Source of the DNA: Candidatus Latescibacterota bacterium
GTDB lineage: Bacteria; Latescibacterota; UBA2968; GCA-2709665
NCBI GenBank assembly: GCA_965116875.1
Contig: OZ220733.1
Location: 1,152,001 to 1,216,000 of the forward strand
Length of the DNA: 64,000 nt
Reading direction: 5' to 3'
Shown here piece after piece: positions 29,559 to 39,711 of the stretch. The notes beneath the pieces are model-generated. The model did no database searches and had not been told where the DNA came from. It was given only the letters and a program-made list of their open reading frames with translations. The translations under genes were made by a program, and so were the position numbers. Position 1 is the first letter of the stretch; each line of letters begins with the position of its first letter.

Positions 29559-29885
29559 TCATGTGACGCCGGCCAGCCGCGCGCTCACCAGCCGATTCAG
29601 GCTTACGCCCTGTTCCGCCGCTTCGATGACCAGGGCTCGGTGCGATTCCGGCGGCAGACGCACCAGGAATTTGCCGCTGTACGCGCGATCCGCCAGTGGC
29701 GCCGGTATTGGCTCGCCAGTGGCGCGCATGTCGTCCACGGATTCCCGAACGAGCCGCTGGATGCCGGACAATGCCTCATCGGGTGACGTCGCGAGCCAGC
29801 TCAGCGACGGGAATTCCGCACAGAGACCCACGTGTTCGCTGTCTTCCGCGGACCACGTGATCCGGTAGGTGTAATGGTCGGTCAT
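29559..29885 (-). CDS. hicB: HicB family antitoxin
   Basis: HYTYRITWSAED.EHVGLCAEFPSLSW...YSGKFLVR.PPE.HR.L..EAAEQGVSLNRL (RNase H-like plus RHH). Confidence 0.9.
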   Translation of the reverse strand: MTDHYTYRITWSAEDSEHVGLCAEFPSLSWLATSPDEALSGIQRLVRESVDDMRATGEPIPAPLADRAYSGKFLVRLPPESHRALVIEAAEQGVSLNRLVSARLAGVT

Positions 29886-30294
29886 CTTAACTCCTCGAGT
29901 TTTTCGATTGCCTTGATCACCTGGCGGACCTGATATGGCTTCGCCATGCCTTTGTTATTTTGGATGTAGAAGCGGTTTTAAAATTACCGGTGAGTTCCCG
30001 AGCGCGAGCGAAAAAGCGACGGTCAAGGCGGGAGAACCCGACCATATTTAGTTATACGGGTGGGTTTGACCAACGCCGACCGGCGCTTTTGCAGCCGCGT
30101 GAAGACCGCTGGGAATTTTAAGACAGCTTCGTAACGCGTGGATCGCCCGGCCACGGCATCCGGTAGACCCGATGGCTCGTTCCGGTCTGACGTGGTTGCC
30201 CGAAATATTCGTCGCAGACCCTTACAAGATCCGTAAATCGAACTCCATTCGGATTGTTACGTAGCGCTTTGAGAATTTCCGCCGTGCTTGCCAT
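29882..30294 (-). pseudogene. hicA: HicA family toxin interrupted by a MITE
   Basis: Hand translation: MASTAEILKALRNNPNGVRFTDLVRVCDEYFGQPRQTGTSHRVYRMPWPGDPRV | IQNNKGMAKPYQVRQVIKAIEKLEELR*. Removing 29968-30131 restores an 83-codon frame whose stop overlaps the hicB start (ATGA). Confidence 0.88.
29968..30131. mobile_element. 164-bp MITE, copy 2 (inside hicA)
   Basis: TIRs GAAGCGGTTTTAAAATT / AATTTTAAGACAGCTTC; the 162-bp core is flanked by GTA on both sides. Confidence 0.88.
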
Positions 30295-30328
30295 GTATTA
30301 TGATATCAATAATGATACTTTTTGTAAA
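30295..30328 (-). promoter_or_regulatory. leaderless sigma70 promoter and palindromic operator of hicAB
   Basis: Minus strand TTTACA-17-TATCAT-5-ATG, no RBS, overlapped by the imperfect palindrome ATTATGATATCAATAAT. Confidence 0.6.
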
Positions 30329-30472
30329 GTAGAAACGATCCCTGTCTAAAACGCCGGTCGACCTGGAGCCTGCACTCGATATACGTTAAGTGACACGCGA
30401 GACAACGTAATCCAACTTCGAGTCGCCAAGGGTCGCCTTCGTACATAATCGTTAAGCAAGAATGGTGCCTGA

Positions 30473-32299
30473 ATGGAACAACCCATCCTGATTTTGCGCG
30501 CGGAAAGCGATCCGTCGGAGGGTCTGTGCGCGGAGGTACTCCGGTGCGAGGGTTTTCCGTGGCTGGAAGAGCGGCCAGCCCACACATTCGACGGCGTTCC
30601 GCCGGGCGTAAGTGTGGTGATTCTGGCCGGCACCGGCATCGGCCGAACGACCGCGGAGCGCCTGGCGAAGGCCGTCTCCGCGGGCGTGACGCTGATTTCA
30701 ACCTCGCCCGACCCGGCCGTCGCGGCAGCGTTCGGCGTCTCGGTCTCGGATGCCGCAACCGATGCCCACGTGGCCGTGACCGCGCTGAACGGCTGGGAAC
30801 ACGGCGACGTGCCGTTGCTGTGCCCGGACGACACCGCCCGCCCCCTTCGCGGCGGCCAGGAAGCGGCGGCGCTTCGGACCGCCGGTGGAGAGCGATGCGG
30901 ATCCGGACTCGTTTCCGCCCGCGTGGGAAATGGAACGGCCTGGATTTACGGCTACGACCTCTGCCGTACCGTGGCCACGCTGCGTCACGGTACGGGCGAC
31001 GTGCGGGAGCGGCCGGCGAAGGATATGGGGCCGCTCACCGGGCCCCGGCACATCTACGGATTCTTCCACCTTTCTGACAAGCTGCCCCGGGACGTGCCGG
31101 TATGCGATCTGCATCAGGATATCCTTCGGACGCTCGTTCTGGCTTCTCTGGCCGATACGGGTCTTCCTCGACTCTGGCACTTTCCACACGCAGCGCCCGC
31201 GCTCTGGTTCGTGAAGGGCGATGGATGCGGAGAAGCCGGCGCCGACGTGGAGGTGGACGTCGTCGAGGAGTACGGCGCCTATCTGACATTCAACAGACCC
31301 CCCGTGAGCAGGTACGACGGAGACTTGATGAAAGACTGGCACGAACGGGGGCACGGCGTCACCATCGAAGCCAACCTGGACCACGTCACAAGGCCGGTCG
31401 TCGAAGTCTCGGGACAGAAGGTCCGCCGGTCGCGCACCGCACGGGACCTGAACGAAAATGCGCTTCCCGATATCCGCGCCAACCTCGAGGCGCACCGCGA
31501 CAGCTTCGTCCGCGACACCGGTCTGGAGATGGACACCATCTGCATCCACGGCTGCCAATGGTCGGGACATCCGATGGCGGAGATGGTGGTTGACCTCGGC
31601 TGGTACACGCCCACCCACTTCATCTCCCACGATCCGCGAATGCGGCACGATGAGCGCTATGGTCCATACATGATTTCAACCGCCCTGCCGCTCCGATACT
31701 TCCAGCATGGTGTGGGCGTCCTCGACCTGTGGCATATGCCGGCGCAGTGGGACGAGAGCCAGACGCTTGGTGAATGGGACCCCGCGGATCCGAAATCCAC
31801 GGGAAGGGTGTGCCTGTCAACGGAAGCGTACGGCGAGGAGCTCATCCGGTTCGCCGAAGACGCCGCGCATCGCTGGCATGGGGTGCAGATCGCCAACTTT
31901 CACCCGAGTTACGTCGCCATGCCCCAGGACCATCCCAGCGCTTCCCGTCGGTCGCTGGAGATGGGCCTGGACGGCGCCCGGGCGGCCGGATGCCGGTTCG
32001 AGAACCAGGAGCGGTGGTCGCGGTTCTCCCGGGCCAGGGCCGACGTACGCCTCGAGGCGCGGCGGGAGGACGACCGCGCCGTTTTTCTGACGATGGCCTC
32101 CCCGGGCGACCTCGATGGACTCACGCTGCTGCTGCCCGATCGCGTGACCGGCGTCCGCTGCGGGGAAACGGGCGAAACCCTGGACGTCCGGGAGGTTGTG
32201 TTGGAGGGACGGCCCCAGCGGGCGGTGTCCATGGATCTGTTCGCTGAAACGCCGCGTACCCTTCGAATGGAGACCGCGGCCTGTGGAGAAAAGGGATGA
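30473..32299 (+). CDS. hypothetical protein, possible polysaccharide-deacetylase-like C-terminal domain
   Basis: 608-aa ORF with PRLWHFP..APA, GDGC, RGHGVTI and NFHP. Translationally coupled (ATGA) to the next gene. Confidence 0.55.
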   Translation: MEQPILILRAESDPSEGLCAEVLRCEGFPWLEERPAHTFDGVPPGVSVVILAGTGIGRTTAERLAKAVSAGVTLISTSPDPAVAAAFGVSVSDAATDAHVAVTALNGWEHGDVPLLCPDDTARPLRGGQEAAALRTAGGERCGSGLVSARVGNGTAWIYGYDLCRTVATLRHGTGDVRERPAKDMGPLTGPRHIYGFFHLSDKLPRDVPVCDLHQDILRTLVLASLADTGLPRLWHFPHAAPALWFVKGDGCGEAGADVEVDVVEEYGAYLTFNRPPVSRYDGDLMKDWHERGHGVTIEANLDHVTRPVVEVSGQKVRRSRTARDLNENALPDIRANLEAHRDSFVRDTGLEMDTICIHGCQWSGHPMAEMVVDLGWYTPTHFISHDPRMRHDERYGPYMISTALPLRYFQHGVGVLDLWHMPAQWDESQTLGEWDPADPKSTGRVCLSTEAYGEELIRFAEDAAHRWHGVQIANFHPSYVAMPQDHPSASRRSLEMGLDGARAAGCRFENQERWSRFSRARADVRLEARREDDRAVFLTMASPGDLDGLTLLLPDRVTGVRCGETGETLDVREVVLEGRPQRAVSMDLFAETPRTLRMETAACGEKG

Positions 32300-34311
32300 A
32301 ACGGAAGATACGCCGGACGGCCCTCCTGAATATTCAGAAAGTGAGTTACTCCCGCGACCATGTGGCGCGAATCAGGAGCGAGGGGTTCACGGATATCGGC
32401 GTCTCCCTGAAGACGGGGGAGCGGAAATTCACGGGCCAGGGATTCGACTGGGAACAGGTGGGTCACTTCGGCGGGTGGGCGCTGGAGTTCGGCCTGGGGA
32501 TGACCGTATTCACCGGCTATATGAAGTACCGGGAGACTTTTCTGCGTGAACATCCGGAACGGGCCATGGTTTGCGTCGGCGGTTCGGGTACCGCCCTGGA
32601 CAGCGATCATCTTGTCCGCACCAGATGGCTGTGCCCGTTTCAACCGGAGAACAAAGCGGAATACCTGGATCTCCTGAGGAAAGTGATCGGGCTGCCGGCG
32701 CTCCGGGAAATCCACCTCAACGACGAAGCCGCGATCGGGTTCGCAAACGGCGACGTCGGCTGCTATTGCGACTACTGCGTCGCCGAATACGAGAAGGAAA
32801 CCGGGACACCGCCGCCTGCGGACTTCGACTGGGAGTCGGAGGCGTGGTGGGCCTGGGTGCAGCGCAGAATGGCGCGGTGGACCGGGGTCCATGCCTGGTT
32901 CCGCGAGCAGATCCGGAAAGAACGCCCGGACGTCCTGGTGGGCATTCAGTATTCGCCGGTGGTCGTGTCCTTCAACGAAAACATCTGGCGCGCGGGGATC
33001 GATCTGTCACAGGACGCGCTGGCCCAGGACGTGCTCTGTACGGATCCCTATCACCACAACCACACGTCGCACTTCACCTATCGGCCAGCGCGCCGGATCC
33101 TGACCGAGGCAACCCGGACACTCGCCGGCGCTACGGTCAGGCGTTCACTGAATATCTATCCGCAGGCGTTCCGACCGCCCCTGGGCGGTCCGGAGTTGAC
33201 CCGCCGCGACGGTTTCATGGCCGGCGCCGTTCCCTATGCGCTCGGCGCGGACAACATCACGCCGTATTCCAACGATCTGGCGCGCATCATCCCCGGGTTT
33301 CTGGACGGATTCCACGAGGCGGGGAAACTCATTCCCTATTTCGAGAAGACGAGGCCCTGCGCGTCCGCGACCGTCATCAACCCCACGCAGACGGAAATCT
33401 ACGGGAATCCGGAAACCGGCTGGGGCAGGAAGGCGCTGGCGGTCTGGCCCGACGTGATGAACCAGGTGGGGCTGCCGTGGCGCTGGCACTTCGACGGCCG
33501 CCTCGCAGACGCCTGGGACGCGCTGGAAGGGCCGGCGATCCTGCCGGATGCCCACTGCCTGACGGGCGAACAGAGGGCCGTACTGCAGGCCTATGCCGCA
33601 TCGGGCAACGGATTGCTCCGGGTGGGGCGGACCCCCGACCGGGACTGGCCCGGAAACGGGCCATGTCCGCCCCCGGAGGGAGAGACCATCGACAGTGCGC
33701 AGTTGCGGCCCGCAAGACGGGACCATCCATTGCTGGAAGGCATTTCGCATCCCGTCATGCTGCAGCACGCGTTTTCCGAGCCGGGAATTGAAGGGGAGAT
33801 CCTCGGTGAGATCGATGGGAGGCCGGCGCTGGTCGTGAACGAGGAAGACGGCGGCCGGCAGGTCTGGCTGGCGGGGGTCCCGGAGTTCAGCTACGTGACG
33901 CCCGGAGACCACGGCGGCGTCCGGACGACCACGGACGGCATTCCGCTGCTGCGGAATATCCTGACGTGGCTGGCGCGGGACGAACCGGTTGCCCGCCTGC
34001 TACCCTACCCGCCGGACAACGCCTATCGGGACCTGCGCCCCTGGGACCGTCGCGACGTGCCGACGATGGAGCTGTTTCCGATGATGGGTGACGGCTGCCT
34101 GGTCTGCCTCATCTTCAACTACGTTGGGCTGGAATACCGGACGAACCTGGTGATGCGCGCGCCGGAAGGCGCACGGGTCGAGTCACTGAACAACATCTTC
34201 ACGGGCGCCGACGAACTGCCCGGCTGTGACGTTCGTGGAAGCGTGGTTTCGATGCCCGTGTGCATGTCGAACCAGACCGATTATCTGGCCGTGGAACTGA
34301 CATGGCGATGA
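32296..34311 (+). CDS. putative glycoside hydrolase (GH42-like), paralogue of 6338-8350
   Basis: Long blocks identical to 6338-8350 (VFTGYMKYRETFLR, RTRWLCPFQPENKAEY, LRPWDRRDVPTMELFP); GCYCDYC motif. Confidence 0.6.
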   Translation: MKRKIRRTALLNIQKVSYSRDHVARIRSEGFTDIGVSLKTGERKFTGQGFDWEQVGHFGGWALEFGLGMTVFTGYMKYRETFLREHPERAMVCVGGSGTALDSDHLVRTRWLCPFQPENKAEYLDLLRKVIGLPALREIHLNDEAAIGFANGDVGCYCDYCVAEYEKETGTPPPADFDWESEAWWAWVQRRMARWTGVHAWFREQIRKERPDVLVGIQYSPVVVSFNENIWRAGIDLSQDALAQDVLCTDPYHHNHTSHFTYRPARRILTEATRTLAGATVRRSLNIYPQAFRPPLGGPELTRRDGFMAGAVPYALGADNITPYSNDLARIIPGFLDGFHEAGKLIPYFEKTRPCASATVINPTQTEIYGNPETGWGRKALAVWPDVMNQVGLPWRWHFDGRLADAWDALEGPAILPDAHCLTGEQRAVLQAYAASGNGLLRVGRTPDRDWPGNGPCPPPEGETIDSAQLRPARRDHPLLEGISHPVMLQHAFSEPGIEGEILGEIDGRPALVVNEEDGGRQVWLAGVPEFSYVTPGDHGGVRTTTDGIPLLRNILTWLARDEPVARLLPYPPDNAYRDLRPWDRRDVPTMELFPMMGDGCLVCLIFNYVGLEYRTNLVMRAPEGARVESLNNIFTGADELPGCDVRGSVVSMPVCMSNQTDYLAVELTWR

Positions 34312-35435
34312 TACAGACCGTTGACGGCGGCATCCTTTCATGGCGGCGCGGGACGGGGGCGTTCATGCCCGCCATCACCCCGTTGTCCGATGGCACCCTG
34401 ATCGCCTGCCAGCACGTGGGCGAAAGCCTGGGATCCCCGGACAACCACATCGAAGTGCTTCGCTCCTCAGATGGGGCCGCAACCTGGGTGAACGAGGGCA
34501 GCATCCACGGCGCGGGGGCGGCGGAAGACGGCTGGAGTTACAGAAGCCCACACATCAGCGAGACGCCCGGAAACCGGCTGGTGATGACCGCGACTCGTTT
34601 CGAGATGCAGTCAGGAAAGCTGTTCGATCCGAATTCGGAGGTCCTGCAACGACCGGAAATGGTGCTGTTCCGGTCGGATGACGCGGGACACACCTGGACC
34701 ACGCCACAGGTCGTCCCCGTGGAACTGCCGCCGGAAAAATACACGTGCAATGGCGCCGGCGTACTCTTGCAACTCGCCCCGGACCGGTGGATGTACCCAC
34801 TGGAGACCTGGAAGCCGGAGGGGTACGCCGGGCCGCCAGACCAGAAGGCCGCGGCGGTCTTCTCCGCCGACCAGGGACGGACCTGGGGCGAGTTTACCGT
34901 GGTGGCCGACGATCCGTCGGGGGAGTTGCTCTGGTGGGACCAGATGAATACGGTGTTGCCGGACGGAAGAATCTACACCCTGCTCTGGACCCACGTTTAC
35001 GGGACGTCGGAGGACCTGCACAATCACTGGACCGTTTCGGAAGACGGCGGGCGGACGTGGTCGGCGCCACGGCCCACCAACCTGCGCGGACAGGTCTGCT
35101 CCCCCATCGCGCTGGTCGACGGGCGGGTGGCGGCCATCTACAATTTCCGGCACGAGCCGCAGGGCATACGCGTGGCGCTCAGCGAAGACCTGGAGACGTT
35201 CGATCTGGAGGGCCATGTCATTGTGTTCGACGCGGGGACCGAGGCCACCCTCGGTGAGCCGGAGACCGACAATTTCCTGGCCGAACACATGCAGATCGCC
35301 TTCGGAAAGCCCGGCGGTATCCGGCTTGACGACGGCGACCTGATGACGTATTTCTGGTGTACGGTCGGCGGCGTGACCCATACGCGCTGGGCGAGGTTGA
35401 GGGTCGACCAGACGACAACCGTAAATTGGAGATAG
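34302..35435 (+). CDS. sialidase/BNR (Asp-box) repeat protein
   Basis: Asp boxes RSSDGAATW, RSDDAGHTW, FSADQGRTW, VSEDGGRTWS. Start may be 34308 (ATGA overlap). Confidence 0.85.
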   Translation: MAMIQTVDGGILSWRRGTGAFMPAITPLSDGTLIACQHVGESLGSPDNHIEVLRSSDGAATWVNEGSIHGAGAAEDGWSYRSPHISETPGNRLVMTATRFEMQSGKLFDPNSEVLQRPEMVLFRSDDAGHTWTTPQVVPVELPPEKYTCNGAGVLLQLAPDRWMYPLETWKPEGYAGPPDQKAAAVFSADQGRTWGEFTVVADDPSGELLWWDQMNTVLPDGRIYTLLWTHVYGTSEDLHNHWTVSEDGGRTWSAPRPTNLRGQVCSPIALVDGRVAAIYNFRHEPQGIRVALSEDLETFDLEGHVIVFDAGTEATLGEPETDNFLAEHMQIAFGKPGGIRLDDGDLMTYFWCTVGGVTHTRWARLRVDQTTTVNWR

Positions 35436-35441
35436 AGAATT

Positions 35442-36521
35442 ATGAATGGACCGGACCAGGCGGAGACCCGTGTGGCCGCGGACGTGCTGGAAACATTCGT
35501 GCGCGACCTGTATCTGGCCGCCGGCGTGCCCCGCGAGGACGCGGAGACGATCGCCGGCGCGACCCTCTGCCAGGAAACCCGCGGCAATACGACCCACGGG
35601 CTACGGCTTGTCCATTTCAATCTTCGGGGGTTGGACGACGGCACGATCCGGGCCAACCCGGACCAGCCCGTCCTGAGCGATCGGGGCATGACCGCGGTGA
35701 TCGAAGGCGACCACGGCGTGGGGATCGTCGGTTGCATGAAAGGGATGCGGCTTGCCATACGGAAGGCCCGGGAGGGCGGTATCGGCATTGCCCTGATCGT
35801 ACGCAACAATCATTTTCTCGCCGCCGTACCGTATTGCTTGGAAGCGGCCAATGCCGGGATGATCGGCATGGCATTCTCGAACACCAAGGGATCCATGGGA
35901 TTTCCCGGCGCCCGCGGATCGGTGATCGGGAACACGCCGATGGGCTTCGGCATCCCGTCGGCCGGTGGTTTTCCCATCCTGTTCGACGCGTGCATGACCG
36001 CCTCGGGAGGCAGGATGCGGCAATGGATCCGGGAAGGCAAGCGGATTCCCCGGGATATTCAGGGCTTCGACCGGGAGGGCAGGCCCACGGACGACCCGCG
36101 GGCCGTAATCGGCGGCGGGACCACGATGCCGATCGGCGGCCACAAGGGCGCCGGACTGGCCATTCTGGTCGAGGCGTTGACGGGGGTGCTGGGCGGCGCT
36201 GCTTTCCTGAGCGATATCACGCCGCACGACCAGGCGGACAGGACGGACAAGACCCATGCGGTCAGCCATTGCTGCATCGCCATTGACGTCGCGGCGTTTA
36301 TGCCGGTGGCGGATTTCGAAGCGCGGATGGCGGACTTTGTCGCGGACCTCAAGGGCAGCCCCCTGGACGGCGGGTCCGATGAGATCCGGCTGCCCGGTGA
36401 GAGAATGGAGCGGACCCGGCGGGAATGCGAGATCCGCGGCGTGCCGCTGGAACCGGACGTGAAGCTGGAACTCGAGGATTGGGCAAACCGACTGGGCGTG
36501 CGTTTCCCGGATACGCTTTAG
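35442..36521 (+). CDS. Ldh_2 family (malate/L-lactate/sulfolactate/ureidoglycolate dehydrogenase-like) oxidoreductase
   Basis: RGNTTHG, RNNHF, IGNTPMGFGIP, GGHKGAGLA, IRLPGE. Confidence 0.9.
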   Translation: MNGPDQAETRVAADVLETFVRDLYLAAGVPREDAETIAGATLCQETRGNTTHGLRLVHFNLRGLDDGTIRANPDQPVLSDRGMTAVIEGDHGVGIVGCMKGMRLAIRKAREGGIGIALIVRNNHFLAAVPYCLEAANAGMIGMAFSNTKGSMGFPGARGSVIGNTPMGFGIPSAGGFPILFDACMTASGGRMRQWIREGKRIPRDIQGFDREGRPTDDPRAVIGGGTTMPIGGHKGAGLAILVEALTGVLGGAAFLSDITPHDQADRTDKTHAVSHCCIAIDVAAFMPVADFEARMADFVADLKGSPLDGGSDEIRLPGERMERTRRECEIRGVPLEPDVKLELEDWANRLGVRFPDTL

Positions 36522-36536
36522 TGCACCGCCGACACA

Positions 36537-37046
36537 ATGCGTGAAGATATGGATGACAGATACCGGATTCGAGGCGCAACCGATGATGACCTGGACCGTA
36601 TTGGCGAGATCATTCGCCAGGCGTGGGAGCCGATATTTGGACTGCACGAAGAAAACTGGGGCGAGGAGCTCTTCGACGTCCTCTATGCGAACTGGCCGGA
36701 GAACATCAGGGCCAGCGTGAGGCGCCATCTGGCGGAGCACCCGGAATGGGCGTTCGTCGTCGAGCCGCTTGAGAACGGCGAGGTGGCAGGTTTCATCACC
36801 TATCTTCTGGATACGAAGAAAGGGATCGGAATCGTCGGACTGAACGCCGTCGCTGCCGGATTGCAGGGGCAGGGGATCGGGACCATGATGTACAACTTCG
36901 TGATGGACCGGTTCCGGAAGGCGGGGCTGAAATACGCCCAGGTGCGAACCGGCCTGAACGATGCGCAAACCGGCGCCAGGAGGGCTTACGAGAAGGCGGG
37001 GTTCAACATCGAGCGCAAAGAGGTCGTCTATTACGCGTACCTGTGA
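36537..37046 (+). CDS. GNAT family N-acetyltransferase
   Basis: NAVAAGLQGQGIG acetyl-CoA motif A; ARRAYEKAGF. Confidence 0.9.
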   Translation: MREDMDDRYRIRGATDDDLDRIGEIIRQAWEPIFGLHEENWGEELFDVLYANWPENIRASVRRHLAEHPEWAFVVEPLENGEVAGFITYLLDTKKGIGIVGLNAVAAGLQGQGIGTMMYNFVMDRFRKAGLKYAQVRTGLNDAQTGARRAYEKAGFNIERKEVVYYAYL

Positions 37047-37057
37047 AAGGACCGGGT

Positions 37058-38125
37058 ATGGACAGATACACCTTTGCGGGAGGTCCTGCCGAAGCGGGGC
37101 GGGCGCAGGGCGCGCTCGATCCCAAATACGCCCGGCGCGAACTTGAGAAGAGGCTGGAGCAGCCCCAGGACTTCGAGGATAAGTACTTCCGTGAGAACAT
37201 GGCTTTCATGCGGCGGGAATTCCCGGAACTCGTGACACAGATGGAGGCGTACGGCGAAGCGGCAGGGATTGAGAACTTCGACCATACGTATCTGCTGCAC
37301 GTCTATTTCGCCGCCGCCGACCTGAACGGTTGTTCGGCGCTTGGGATCGTGCTGAAAGACGACGGTCCGGCGATGCTCAGGACCTACGATACGAGCTCGA
37401 TCGGCAGGGTCGAGGACTTCGTGAAGGACAAGATCCTGATCGGACTGCCGGACGGCAGGCCGCACGGGCTGGCCGGCATCGGGGAGCGGTTCGGCGTCAC
37501 CGTCGGCACGGCGATCAACGATGCGGGGCTGCTTGTGGGCTGCGCATCGGGTCACCGGAAGTTCAACCCGGGCGCCAACCCCGAACACGTCAATCTCTAT
37601 TTCACCACGCACCTGCTCGCTCAATATTGCGCCAAATGTGACGATGTCAGGCATTTCCTCCGGCAGTACCGGGTCTCGGGGATCAAGGGGCTGACGGGCG
37701 TGGCGGTAGACGCGGCGGGTGATATGGTCGGGTTCGAACTGGAATCGGAGAATATCGCCCTTCGGGGACCGGAAAACGGAGTGGTTCTCGAGACCAACCA
37801 CTGGCAGGACCCCGAGCTCCAGCGCCCGTCGCGCGAGGCCGATCCGGACTGGTGGGCCAGCGCCTCGTATTACAACTCACAGAACCGGGTCCAGTACCTG
37901 GCCTGCCACCGGGATGCGTTCGAAGAAATGCGCACCGTGAGCGAACTGACCGGTTTTTCGTTCGACGTGCACGCGCCGGGCAGAATTCTGCAAAGCCCGG
38001 AAACCAATATCGGTGGCTGGTTCACCACCCACGCGATCTTCATGACGTCGCGAGACAGGAAGCTGCGGGTCCACCGGTATCCGCTGGAGAAGGACGGGTT
38101 TACGGAAATGACGTATGGTGCGTGA
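37058..38125 (+). CDS. C45 family autoproteolytic acyltransferase/hydrolase (Ntn)
   Basis: G..QG N-terminus, G|CSALG nucleophile site, AINDAGL, ETNHW, NSQNR. Confidence 0.75.
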   Translation: MDRYTFAGGPAEAGRAQGALDPKYARRELEKRLEQPQDFEDKYFRENMAFMRREFPELVTQMEAYGEAAGIENFDHTYLLHVYFAAADLNGCSALGIVLKDDGPAMLRTYDTSSIGRVEDFVKDKILIGLPDGRPHGLAGIGERFGVTVGTAINDAGLLVGCASGHRKFNPGANPEHVNLYFTTHLLAQYCAKCDDVRHFLRQYRVSGIKGLTGVAVDAAGDMVGFELESENIALRGPENGVVLETNHWQDPELQRPSREADPDWWASASYYNSQNRVQYLACHRDAFEEMRTVSELTGFSFDVHAPGRILQSPETNIGGWFTTHAIFMTSRDRKLRVHRYPLEKDGFTEMTYGA

Positions 38126-38190
38126 GGGAAACCGCGATACGGAAGGATAGACGGTGGGAATATTCATTCGTGGAGAGCAACGTGGACAGG

Positions 38191-39681
38191 ATGAACACGA
38201 ATGCCGGCAGCGCGGATGGGTTTCTTCTGATGGACGGGATCGAGTCGGTACATCATGTCACGCAAACCGTGTGCGAAGCGGAAAAACATCCGCTGAATCC
38301 CGTACTGCCCGTGGGCGACTCCCACGAGTGGGATTCCACGCACTGCGCGCCGTGGTCCTCGCCCACAGTGATCTACGACGAAGAAGACGGGCTGTTCAAA
38401 GCCTGGTACGCGGGCTCGGACATCGCAACGTCGAAGTGGTGGGCGATGGGGTACGCCGTCAGCGAGGACGGGATCAACTGGCACAAACCCGAACTGGGCC
38501 TGTACGAGTACAACGGAAGCAAGAAGAACAACATTGTCCTGGACGGGCGCGGACCAATCATCAAGGACGATACCGAGCCGGACCCGAACAGGCGATTCAA
38601 GGGGATCAAGCGCAGCTTCGGGGGACAGAAAGTCTACGCCTGCAGGGGCGCCCGGGCCAACTATTCGCCCGACGGCATCCACTGGACCGAGGGCCCGACC
38701 ATCGACCTTCCGGAGTGGTTTCGCGGACCGCCCGATATCGGCGTTCTCGTCCGCGACGACCAGGACCCGGATCCCTCACGCCGGTACAAGACCGTCTTCC
38801 AGGAGATGATACCGTTCGACAAGCCGGACATCAAGCGGAACGCCGATCGGTACCGCGGCCTCGGACGCGCCAAGATTCTGGCGTACGGTCCGGACGTCGA
38901 GAACTTCCGGAGGGCGGAAGAGAACCCTCTGCTCTCCCCCGCCGACGGTCTCGAGTACGAAGACCATCACATCATGATGTCGCCGTACGGCGGCGCCTGG
39001 ATCATCTGCTATGAGTACGGCTGGTACGTCCCCAACGGTTACGGACGTTACGGGATGTACTCGGCCGACATCCGCCTGGCGGTGAGCGGCGACGGGCTCA
39101 ATTTCGATCGCGTCAATCCCCACCAGAAGGTCATCGCCCGCGGCGCCCACGGCGAGTGGGACGGGGGCCTGCTCATCATTACGGATAAACCGGTCGTCAA
39201 GGACGGGACCATCTACCTGTTCTATGGCGGGTCGGGAGAAGAGTTCACGAGTTGGCCGCCGGAGAACGAGGTCCCGGAGTTCATCCATGAGATGGGGAGC
39301 GGGAGCGCGCGCATGGCGCGGATGGGCCTGGCCACGCTTCGCGAGGATGGTTTTACGTGCCTGGAGACCCCGGACCGCGAGACGCCCGGACACGCGACCA
39401 CCGCGCCGCTGGCGCTGACCGACCGTTCGACCGAATTGACGGTCAACGTGGGCGACGTCCGGCGCAACCGCAACTGGCTCGAAGTGGAGGTACTCGACGC
39501 GGATTCCCGCGAGCCGGTCCCGGGATACACACGCGGGGACTGCAACGATATTGACGTCGACGGGTTGCGGCGCCGCGTCACGTGGGGCGACCGACGACTT
39601 GCCGGCATCGGCCGGGACCGCTTCAGGCTTCGCTTCCATCTGTATGGCGCGGCCCGGCTGTACGGATACCGATTCGTCTGA
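38191..39681 (+). CDS. GH32-like five-bladed propeller protein with C-terminal beta-sandwich
   Basis: KHPLNPVL, FKAWY, YAVSEDGINWHKPELG, SPDGIHW, GLATLREDGF, LRFHLYGAARLYGYRF. Confidence 0.75.
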   Translation: MNTNAGSADGFLLMDGIESVHHVTQTVCEAEKHPLNPVLPVGDSHEWDSTHCAPWSSPTVIYDEEDGLFKAWYAGSDIATSKWWAMGYAVSEDGINWHKPELGLYEYNGSKKNNIVLDGRGPIIKDDTEPDPNRRFKGIKRSFGGQKVYACRGARANYSPDGIHWTEGPTIDLPEWFRGPPDIGVLVRDDQDPDPSRRYKTVFQEMIPFDKPDIKRNADRYRGLGRAKILAYGPDVENFRRAEENPLLSPADGLEYEDHHIMMSPYGGAWIICYEYGWYVPNGYGRYGMYSADIRLAVSGDGLNFDRVNPHQKVIARGAHGEWDGGLLIITDKPVVKDGTIYLFYGGSGEEFTSWPPENEVPEFIHEMGSGSARMARMGLATLREDGFTCLETPDRETPGHATTAPLALTDRSTELTVNVGDVRRNRNWLEVEVLDADSREPVPGYTRGDCNDIDVDGLRRRVTWGDRRLAGIGRDRFRLRFHLYGAARLYGYRFV

Positions 39682-39711
39682 GGCACATCGTCAACTTAAA
39701 GGTGAATTCCT

